Part shown: positions 1-9,487 of the stretch, one piece after another
Position numbering within the stretch: position 1 is the first letter of the stretch
Layout of the letters: the number at the start of each line of letters is the position of its first letter
Origin: Podarcis gaigeae
Lineage: Eukaryota
Reading direction: 5' to 3' (one strand)
Length of the DNA stretch: 64,000 bases
NCBI GenBank assembly: GCA_964106915.2
Contig: OZ066922.1
Notes under the pieces: model-generated
Seen by the model: the letters and a program-made list of their open reading frames with translations, nothing else
The model's database searches: none
Told to the model about the DNA's origin: nothing
Made by a program: the position numbers and the translations under genes

Positions 1-279
1 CTTTGTGGGTGGGTAGCCTGGTTGCTCATTTGCACGATACATTTTTTAAAAAGATAAAACAGAGGAGACTATTTGGTTAGATTGCAGAGCATCATAATGA
101 GTGCAGTGTATTACCCTTTACAATATCTATGGTCACACACATCTTCCTACTTTTTATTTGAATGTTGCTTTATTTGTATTATTTAAAAAATCATTTCAGT
201 AAAAGTCCTTGTTAACAGAGCAAATGCTGAAGAGATTGGGTAACAGCAGTGAGCCAGCAGTAAATCAAGGTGGGCCTTG

Positions 280-633
280 GGTAAAGGTAAAGGGACCCCT
301 GACCATTAGGTCCAGTTGTGACTGACTCTGGGGTTGTAGCACTCATCTCGCATTACTGCCCGAGGGAGCCGGCGTGCAGTTTCCGGGTCATGTGGCCAGC
401 ATGACTAAGCTGCTTCTGGCGAACCAGAGCAGCACACGGAAACGCCGTTTACCTTCCCGCCGGAGCAGTACCTATTTATCTACTTGCACTTTGAGGTGCT
501 TTCGAACTGCAAGGTTGGCAAGAGCAGGGACCGAGCAACAGGAGCTCACTCCGTCGCAGGGATTTGAGCCGCCGACCTTCTGATCGGCAAGTCCTAGGCT
601 CTGTGGTTTAACCCACAGCACCACCTGCGTCCC
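280..633 (-). mobile_element. Sauria SINE
   Basis: Minus strand starts GGGACGCAGGTGGTGCTGTGGGTTAAACC (tRNA-like head) and ends in (ACCTTT)n; closely similar to the copies at 46520 and 59407. Confidence 0.9.
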
Positions 634-677
634 TAAGTCAGAGTTAACTATTAGCAAAAACAGGATCTGTGCAGGAG

Positions 678-1161
678 TGTCAGGCCTATTGAGCACAGCA
701 ACGGGTCTGGCCTCCATGAAGCAGTTGTTGAGACAGAAAGTCGCTGCCTCCCCACAGCTGCCAAAGTCTCAAAGGTTTTTCCCAAGCAATCTGAGACTGC
801 GCCTGCATTAAGCTAGCTTCTCCTCTGCCCTCTTTGTGCCTCTCCTGGTTCTGGGAGACCGGGGGGAGGGGAGCCTGTCACAGCAGGAGGGGGAGACACC
901 CATGCCTCTTCACTAGCCAGACTCATCTCTGTCTTTTGGCCTCCCTCCTCTTCTGCCTCAGATTCTGTCTCTGATTCTGGTTTTCCCTCTGCCACAGACT
1001 CCCCCTCCGCCAAGCCCTGTTACTTCTCCAGCTTCTGATACTTCCTCCCAGTCTTCTCCCTCTGATCACTCATTATCACCCCACTACCCCTTCCTGGGCT
1101 CTGAGCCTTCTTCCCTGCTGGCTCCTCCTATCATTCCTCTCCATCCAACCAGTCCATGACA
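678..1161 (-). mobile_element. Putative solo LTR-like repeat
   Basis: TGTCA...TGACA termini with a strongly purine-biased minus strand, architecture like 16621-18581; no matching TSD. Confidence 0.45.
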
Positions 1162-1279
1162 CTGGGTTTAAACCTTTATTCTTGCCTTGGATTTTTAAAG
1201 GCAGCAGGAAAAAAATCAGTTGAAGATGCTGGAATCAAAACTGTACAGAACTAATTCAATTTTTTCTCATTCTCCACAG

Positions 1280-1407
1280 GTCAAATGGTCTATTCTGTAC
1301 GGAGGAGATGCGGCCAACAGCTTGCGATTGAAGCCCCGGTGGAAGCTGATTTGGTTAGCACAGTCCCAGAATCTGCCACACCAGCAGCCCTTGGATATGC
1401 TCAAAAG
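1280..1407 (+). CDS. PPAT: PPAT internal exon
   Basis: ccacag|GTCAAATG...CAAAAG|gtaatg; [16 protein letters not shown] motif. Confidence 0.95.
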
Positions 1408-3274
1408 GTAATGTGCCTGATTCTTCTCTTTAATCTGAAATCTCATATTTTTGTTGTAGGAATACGTGTTTTTTTTATTAAAAATTCTTCTCTTTAATCT
1501 GAAATCTCATATTTTTGTTGTAGGAATACGTGTTTTTTTTATTAAAAAATTTAATTGACATAATACCAACTTGTACACCAAACATTTTAACGCAGATGTT
1601 TATCTTGTAGCACTAAAAGTTTAAATCTTGCCTTCCTGAGTGCAGTTCAAGCTAGCTTACAAGAAAAAGATAAATACATCAAACTAATGAATTATTTTTA
1701 AAAACAACAACACAGCATTAACATAGACTATAAATACACATGCAAATAAAATTCAACAGTCAGAGAAAAATATTACCGCACCCCCTCACCGCCAACCCTG
1801 TGTGAATTACTAGCTTTTTACCATTTTCCAAAGAAATTCCCCAGACACCAGTGAAGTTCACGTTTTCTCCAAGAGATTGCATAAGTTTCTTTGGCTGTTG
1901 TAGCTGAACTGTTTCCACTTAGTCAACTCTTTTGTGTGTAGAAAAGAAAAGGAATGTTGATGGAGAATTGATCTTAGCCACTTCACTTTCTATGGTACTT
2001 TGACTTTTACATTCTCTCTTTTTTTCTAGTGTGGACTACCATACATTGAAGTACTATGCAAAAACAGATATGTAGGAAGAACTTTTATTCAGCCAAACAT
2101 GAGGCTAAGGCAGCTCGGAGTGGCCAAAAAATTTGGAGTCCTGTCAGACAACTTCAGAGGGAAGCGTGTTGTCCTTATTGACGATTCTATTGTTCGAGGC
2201 AACACCATTTCACCCATAATTAAACTACTGAGGGAATCCGGTGCTAAAGAGGTAAGAAAGTATTGCTGTCGGTTTTTGAGGAAGGCCTGACTGAGGGACA
2301 AGACTGGTGCAGTTTCAGCTTTATAATAGTCTCTCAAGTGTCTTGATTGAGGTGCAGGTAGTACTCTGCTCTTCTCCTAAGAGCAAAGCCAAATTTATTG
2401 ACTCTGTTGCTAACCAATCAGACCTCACTCCTCCTTGTAGTGACTTTGAATTTTGCTGGTGCTGCCTGTTGGAATTGTGGGTGGTGAAGTGGGTATTGTT
2501 TTTGTTGGTTGTTAAGATATGCATTTTGTGTTTTTATATTGTTAATCACCATGTGATCTTCGGATGAAGGGCAGTATAGAAATTACATAAATAATGGTAA
2601 TAATACGAATGAATGGCATAATTGAAACAGTGTCAATATCATAATAGCATTCCACCCCTTCCTCCCTAGGTGCACGTTCGTGTAGCTTCGCCTCCAATAA
2701 GATTTCCTTGTTACATGGGAATAAACATTCCAACAAAAGAAGAACTCATTGCCAATAAGCCCGAATTTCATGACCTAGCCAACTACATAGGTAAAACATT
2801 ATATTTTCTATCATTGTCAACAGCTTGGGTGGTGACTACCCTCTGGCAGAAGCGAATCTACCTGTGAAACAGGGAGAGAGACAATTGTCAGCTATGCCTC
2901 ACCCTTTTTAAAGCAGATTTAGGGAGGGTATAGGGTGCTTCAGTAAGATCACCAAAAATTGCCTCCTTTCCTATTCTGCTGACAGATTTCCATCCGCTAG
3001 AGGACCTCACTATTGGGTACCACCTTCTTCATCTTTAGGGTATGTACAATGGTGCAGCATTTTTTAAAAAATATTTTTTGTCTTTTTTCTCCTCCTAGGA
3101 GCTGACAGTGTTGTTTATCTTTCGGTAGAAGGATTGGTATCATCTGTGCAAGAAAGCATCAAGGCGAAACAAGATAATGAAAACAACCTTAAATCCAACA
3201 AGTTTCGGGCGGGGAAAATTGGCCATTGCATAGCATGCCTTGTTGGAAAATACCCTGTAGAGCTAGAATGGTGA
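1280..3274 (+). CDS. PPAT: Amidophosphoribosyltransferase (glutamine PRPP amidotransferase), 3' part; exons 1280-1407, 2030-2251, 2670-2790, 3099-3274
   Basis: Spliced translation [78 protein letters not shown]...[13 protein letters not shown].../[30 protein letters not shown].../...[17 protein letters not shown] matches vertebrate PPAT. All introns are GT-AG with consistent phases. The 5' exons are outside the window. Confidence 0.97.
1421..1548. repeat. Perfect 64-bp tandem duplication in a PPAT intron
   Basis: 1421-1484 is identical to 1485-1548. Confidence 0.9.
2030..2251 (+). CDS. PPAT: PPAT internal exon (PRPP-binding motif)
   Basis: ttctag|TGTGGA...AAAGAG|gtaaga; encodes [13 protein letters not shown]. 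Confidence 0.95.
2670..2790 (+). CDS. PPAT: PPAT penultimate exon
   Basis: ccctag|GTGCAC...ATAG|gtaaaa; [21 protein letters not shown]. Confidence 0.95.
3099..3274 (+). CDS. PPAT: PPAT last coding exon
   Basis: tcctag|GAGCTGAC...GAATGGTGA; C-terminal CxxC (HCIAC) Fe-S ligands and YPVELEW*; first downstream AATAAA at 3429-3434. Confidence 0.95.
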
Positions 3275-3682
3275 ATTTCCAGAATACAGTTACCACTGAA
3301 TTAAAGTTGGAACTGACAAGATGTATCACACCCAAACGTGTGCCGTAAATTGCTACGAAGGAAGTTATCAAACCACTCATTTTAGTTAAATCTTTATTTG
3401 GGATAGTGAGGACTGTTCAAGAACTTGAAATAAAATGCAAAAATTATGCAGTATGATAAACATTAGAGCTGTAACTTGGGGTGGCAAAGTTTCTTGATTC
3501 CTTAGCTGGCCTAATCCTGCCAAGAAACTTGATCTCTTCTCAGGCTTTTATTCACAGCCTTGGTTTATTACAAATGACATTCTAAAAGAAACTGCGAGCC
3601 ATTAAGTCATTTCAATTTTTTGAACAGGATTCAACCAGGGCGGGCGGGCGGGGGGGGGGGATGTGAAATTTGGTTTTATATA

Positions 3683-3836
3683 CAGTGGTACCTCTGGGTT
3701 GTGAACGGGATCCGTTCCGGAGGCCCGTTCGCAACATGAGCGTGTCTGCGCATGCGGCGAAACCCGGAAGTAACCCTTTCTGGGTCGCACCCTGAAAACA
3801 TGCAACCTGAAACAAATGTAACATGAGGTATGACTG
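3683..3836. mobile_element. Tigger/pogo-type MITE
   Basis: ta|CAGTGGTACCTC ... GAGGTATGACTG|ta: imperfect TIRs and TA TSD. Confidence 0.7.
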
Positions 3837-5147
3837 TACATGACAAATTCTGAATTCATAGAATTCTGAATTCCATGCTTCCCTAGAAATTTTTATCTAG
3901 CTGTCTGAGTTCTGTTTAAGAATGAAGTAAGTGCCTGTATTTTTGCTTATGTAACTAAATTCATGTGTAATAACTTGCTTCCAAAGAGACTGAGTATTAT
4001 TTTTATACAATATGTTGCTGAGACTGGGAGACTCAGGGAAGTACTAAGCCAAAATTCTCTAATACCTTGAGCCTTAACGAATTCAAACCTGAATATATAT
4101 ATATACTGTCTTATTGTGATTTCATTGTGTGTCAAAGGGATTTGACAGGGGAAATTAGGCTGATAACCATCCTGAGTGCTATGATTTATTTTGCTAATTT
4201 TCCTCACTATGTTTTCGTTGTGAATACTTAACTGTAATCTGAGTGAATGTTTTTACTGAATGTAAGCCTTCAAAGAAGACTCAAAACATTGAAAAATTAT
4301 CATGTGGAATTATTTTGGTAGAGTATTTTAATGTATGGTAGTGTTATATATATATAACTCTTTAATGTATATATATTACTGCTTTGTTCAGTGGGGTGTT
4401 TTTTTTTTAATGTTGTGCTTTTGTGAATGAAATCTAAATAATTCTTTGGTGGTTGTAAAATGGTGACCTAGATATCTGAGTTGAATTAGAATTGCAGCTA
4501 ATTCTAACCCAATTCAAAAATCACTGCTCATGCATTGAATTGACACATGCGCAGACCTGCTCCTGGTGTCACCTAGCCCATGGCTCCTCAGAGTGAACAT
4601 GCATGTCTGTTTGGAAATCTTCATATAGCATGAAGCCTTTGTACATTCACACAGAAGTCTGTGCATGCAGCATTGCCTTAACACATGAAGCCTTGACTTT
4701 TCAAGACGCTTAAGAATTGCCATGAATGCAGAGCTTTGAGCTTAGCATACTGTTGCAATGTGGCCTGTGCTGTTCCAAAAAGTGACCTCTCCCCCCCTTT
4801 TTTTTGAGAGCAGTCTCAACGTCCTGCAGGGACATGGTTTATTCAAATAGAACAGCCTTCCTAACCAGTTGCTCAGCAGAACGAATAGTTCGAAAAGGCT
4901 GCCAGGAGGCACATTAGAAGAAAGCTTATATACACAGCACACAAAGACTCATAAAATGCCACAACACTCTTCCACTTGAATCAAGAAAGGTCACAGGTCA
5001 TGGGACGCCTGGCTTAATGCGGATATCAACTCCTCTGAAATTACCTTGGGGTGTCCCAGAGTGCCCAGGTCATTTGGGTCTCATATGTCTCACTTTGACA
5101 CCATGCCCATGGCAACCAGGACTTCCATGGGACTGCTGAAAGCGACT

Positions 5148-5430
5148 TCTTTTTACCATTCTCCCATCGAGTAATGAGTAAAGAAACTGCATTCAAAAAC
5201 TGGCAAAGAGGGAAGCTTTTTCACATCTGGAAGGGCAGGCAACCCAGTAACCTTTCTTCAGCACTTTGCTTTTCCTGGTTGCCTGCCCTTCCTGATGTGA
5301 AAACGCCCCGAGGCTTACCTTATGGCAAAAACCCTACACCTCACCTTTCAGAATTACAAAAATTAGCTCCCCTCTTTGCCAGTTTTTGAATGCAGTTTTT
5401 GAATTACTCGATGGGAGAACGGTAAAAAGA
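5148..5430. repeat. Long inverted repeat / foldback element
   Basis: TCTTTTTACCATTCTCCCATCGAGTAAT...AACTGCATTCAAAAACTGGCAAAGAGG pairs with CCTCTTTGCCAGTTTTTGAATGCAGTT...ATTACTCGATGGGAGAACGGTAAAAAGA (arms about 70 bp). Confidence 0.75.
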
Positions 5431-6256
5431 GCTCACTTTTTTACACTGCACCACCAGATTTGACCCTCTTTACTTTCCCTGTCAACTTCCTTTTTTAAAT
5501 CAGTGCCTGCATTTCTGAGAAGTTTCCTCTTTTGAAGACAAATGTGGCTGTACCAGACCTGCTGGGCAAATGTCCACTTATATATATGTTGAATTTGACA
5601 GCACTGTGGCCACTGACTCCTGTAACGACACATCTCACACCAGGTCCAGGGCTCCACTTACGATGCAACCAAGGGTTGCTTCCCCTCTGGTCAGTTTCAA
5701 GACAACTTGGTTCTAGGGCTAAGTCACTTAGGGTGTTTAATATTACTTTCTCATGACAGCAATCTGTATTTATTTCTCTAGAACAAACACACAAACATGT
5801 TAATAGAGAACCAATGGGCAACAGCATATTTTACGAATATTGTTCCAAACAAATGGAGCGAAGATATAAAGGATTGAAGTACCTATGTTAGGAAGATGAC
5901 TTTATACCAGGTGGCTTTATTTGTCCATCTTGTAGAATCCAAGCATATCAGCCAAGAGACTTTTCACACTACCTCCTACTGAGTCCTTTTTTAAAAGGGA
6001 AAATGCCAGGGATTAAGTCAAGCACCTTTCTTCCTGCAGAAACACGTGTTCTATCACAGAAGTATGCCGCCTTCTTTGTAAGGTTATATCTCTACTGTAT
6101 TAAAGGGCTATTCTTAAAGGTTAAGGGTCTTGCTTGCTCACTTATTGCCCTTGAGAAAATAAAGGCTAGTTGTTCCCATTTTACAGATGAGAAGTTGAGG
6201 TTTACTCAAGGCTGCCATGATTTTCCCTAATAAACCTACAGCCGGGCTGCGATTTA

Positions 6257-6515
6257 CCGTATTTTTCACTTTATAAGACGCACCAGACCATAAGACACAC
6301 CTAGTTTTTGGAGGAGGAAAACAAGAAAAAAAATACTCTGAATCTCAGAAGCCAGAACAGCAAGAGGGATTGCTGCGCAGCAAAAGCAGCGATTCCTCTT
6401 CCTGTTCTGGCTTCTGGGATAGCTGCGCAGCCTGCATTCGCTCCATAAGACACACACACATTTCCCCTTACTTTTTAGGAGGGAAAAAGTGAGTCTTATA
6501 GAGCAAAAAATACGG
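6257..6515. mobile_element. Tc1/mariner (Tc2-like) MITE
   Basis: ta|CCGTATTTTTCACTTTATAAGAC ... GTCTTATAGAGCAAAAAATACGG|ta. Confidence 0.8.
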
Positions 6516-7559
6516 TAAATGTTAACAGTACTCCTGAAGTTATGACATATTAGCTTTAAACCTAAATAATCCCTGATAGTTTCAGGGATCGTCTCTTCCG
6601 CTTCCCTGCCTTTGCCAGATTTCTTCTGTTTGGTTGAAAAGTATTTCAAATTGTATCATTTCTGTGTTGTAACAAGGAAAAATAGTAACTTGTGGAACAT
6701 TAACACATACTTCCCTCACCATTGTTTCATCATGTCCAGAAAATTACACACCTCCAAATTTTATGTCTGACAAATATTCTTGTTGGACGTAGAATTCACT
6801 TTGAGGCTTAACTGAGCAGACATGTATGGGATTGCACTTCACAAGAAACATAACTACACTCCTAAATATGCCTACTGAGAAATAAGGTCCACTGAATTCC
6901 ATGGGGTTTACTCCCTGACCCTGTTAAGTTTATAGGATCGCAGTCTATACTGGTTAATCTTAAAGGCACTATAGAAGACTGTTAACAAGAGACCTATTAA
7001 GCTTCTAGCCCATGTGGAAAACACCACCACCGCTTCACTTCTATATCTTTTCAAGAATGTGGAGTAAGGTGGAAATATATTAAGCGGAGTAGGAAATGGG
7101 GAAACAAGGATTCAAATCCCCACTCAAGTCACAAAGCTCCCTGGGTGACCTTGAGCTAATCACTACCTCAGAATTGTTGTGAGGCTCAAATGGGGAAGTG
7201 GACAACCATGAATGCCACCTTCTGGTCCTTGGAGGAAAGGTAGAATATGAATGACAACCAGCAGGACAAACGTTACATTGGAAGGCAGCAAGGCCAACTC
7301 TTCCGCCCAGAGCGGTTCGCACGCTCGCAAATAATTACTCCTGGCACCACTTATTTAATCGTTTATTTATTACACCGCTTGATTAAAAAAAAACCCAAAA
7401 GAACCCGAACTGGTGTACAAAAATATAAAGCAATAATACGTATGAGAAAAATTCACAGCCGTACTTTAGTACAATGTGCGATGTTGAAATGCTGCAACAG
7501 GTCAAAATTTCCTTTGTTATTTTGGATAGGCTTGTCTAAACAAAGATTTATTCATTTTT

Positions 7560-8300
7560 TTGCGGGCGCACGCTTGATCTCAATCAGACGTGCAATCAGC
7601 CTCGAAGACACGCGGGAACTCCGCATTCCGAAGCATCGGCCGGCGCACATGGCATCCGGGTATCCTAGGGCGGGGAGGGGGCGGGGAAACGGGCGGTGAG
7701 TGACGGCGTCTCGGTAAGATCAGTAGCAGCATCCGCCTTTGCAACCCACGCTCTTCCTCAGAACCGTATGGCGTCACTCCCTCCCAGCCGCCTGGAAGGT
7801 GCGTGCCTCTACCCAATCAAAATGCGGCCTTCCCCCTCAACCAATCGCGAGACGCCGCCGCTGCGGAAGAATTCCAGTTCCGGCCTCGAGGACAGAAACT
7901 GCCCCATCAGGAAAAAAATCGACCAATCGCGGCAGGGCCTGTTAAGTACGGGGCGGGGCAGAGTAGTCCCCTTTCGCGAGCTCAGTTCTTGTAGTTCGGC
8001 GACAGAGCGATTGCAAGGGCTTGCGGGGGCGGGAAAGAGGAAGGAGCAGGTGGGTGCGCGCGCAGTTGCCATAGGAACGAAAGAGCAAATCGAGGGCCGG
8101 CCAAACCGTGTTACAGGCCGCATAATAAACGGTTCCCCGACGGCTTAGCGTTCACTCTGCGGCTGCCATCTTGTATTAAGCCGGTGGTAGTGAAGGCGGC
8201 TCTATCGTTTCCTGAACGCTGCTGTTTCGCCGTAAGTAATAGGGAGAGGGAGCCTCCTGTAGGTCGAAGTTGCGCAGCTCCCCTCTCTCCCTTCTTGACA
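7560..8300 (+). promoter_or_regulatory. AASDH: CpG-island promoter and probable non-coding exon 1 of AASDH (donor after 8231)
   Basis: Dense unsuppressed CpG; CCAAT boxes near 7813, 7841 and 7923; GC box near 7950; X-box-like GTTGCCATAGGAAC 8065-8078; YY1-like GCCATCTTG near 8165; strong donor GCC|gtaagt at 8231/8232. Confidence 0.8.
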
Positions 8301-8320
8301 AGAGAGTGGATGTGCTTTAT

Positions 8321-8445
8321 AATCATAGAATTGCGGAGTTGGAAGGGACCACGGGGGTAATCTAAACCAACCCTCTGCAACGCGGGACTCGAACCCATAA
8401 CCCTTAGGAGTAAGAGTCTCATGCTACTACTGAGCTATCTCCCAT
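8321..8445 (-). mobile_element. tRNA-Lys-derived SINE with CR1-like 3' tail
   Basis: Reverse complement TAGCTCAGTAGTAGCATGAGACTCTTA...GGGTTCGAGTCCC resembles tRNA-Lys(CTT), followed by GTCCCTTCCAACTC...ATTCTATGATT (CR1 end). Confidence 0.7.
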
Positions 8446-9257
8446 GTTTTGTTTCTCTTTTTTAAACGACCAAACAAACTTGTGACTATTATTTGATGTA
8501 CAGCTGCTGGTGGTTACATGTTTTCCTGTTCTTTTCGACAGCTGCAGTTTCTTAGAAAGACACTACAGTACAGTATTGTCAAACCTGTGAGATGGCCATG
8601 CCCACTGCTGCCGTGTACACACACCCCTTTGAAGAATTTATCACGAGGAAATGCATAGTTGGCCTGAAAAACTTTCCCTACCACTAACGTAATAGGACTG
8701 GGCCAGCTGTCTCCAAACAAGTATCCAGGTGAAAGCATTTTGCAGCAGGTGAAACCTCTGGCAGCCACACATGGAGCGTTGGGCCTTTTACCCACAGCAC
8801 CTCCTTGACTGAATTAGTTGTTAATTTACATGGGTATCCCTTCCTTGGATTAAAAATGTGTCCCAGGTTGGTATAGGTTGAAGACTATTAGTTTAGGGTT
8901 TCATTTAAAATACACTAGATACGCAGAGATAAATATTTGTATATGCATTTGTGAAAATGCTTGTTTCTCTCTTTTAAAATTGCAATATAGCTTTCATGTT
9001 TTCTCCTTACTTGGAAGAATAGATCATATTTAAAGCATCTCAACTGTTCTTTCAGAATGGCAAAAAATGTTGGAAGTGGAATTGGGATAATCATCAGAAT
9101 TGATAAATGGGTATTATGTATATTTTGTGAAACAGACATGCCTCCACATTCTTTCAAATTTATATTGAGAGTATGCTGTGTTTTACAAGGTTTTTTTTTA
9201 TTAAAAATATTTAATTATTATTTCCTATTTTACAGGTATGCAGTATAAATATTGGCA

Positions 9258-9487
9258 ATGACTCTTCACGAGATTGTTCAGACTGCAGCCAGTTTATATC
9301 CTGAGAGAAGAGCAGTATGCTTTGATGAATGCATCAATAAGGTTCCAGTTATCTACACTTACAAAACGGTTATTAACCTAGCCACAGAACTTACTGATTT
9401 CCTGAAGAAACATTGTAATTTCACCGAACGATTTGAAATAGGCCTCTACTGCTACCCAGGCATAAATCTGCCTTCTTGGATTATAGG
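9258..9487 (+). CDS. AASDH: AASDH first coding exon (exon starts at 9236)
   Basis: MTLHEIVQTAASLYPERRAVCFDEC...PGINLPSWIIG; acceptor ttacag| and donor |gtatta. Confidence 0.93.

Noticed and set aside
374-717. Recurrent ORFs like MTKLLLANQSS... (also at 46570-47091 and 59323-59727)
   Set aside because: Translations of Sauria SINE copies, not a gene family.
7247-8422. Several 100-150-aa ORFs across the CpG island
   Set aside because: Expected by-product of high GC content; no recognisable protein features.
8380-8445. tRNA-Lys-like sequences here and at 48595-48667
   Set aside because: Degenerate stems fused to CR1-type tails; these are SINE heads, not functional tRNA genes.
9231-9241. CAG|GTATG at the AASDH exon 2 acceptor as a recursive splice site
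   Set aside because: GT at exon starts is common, the flanking introns are short, and nothing else supports it.
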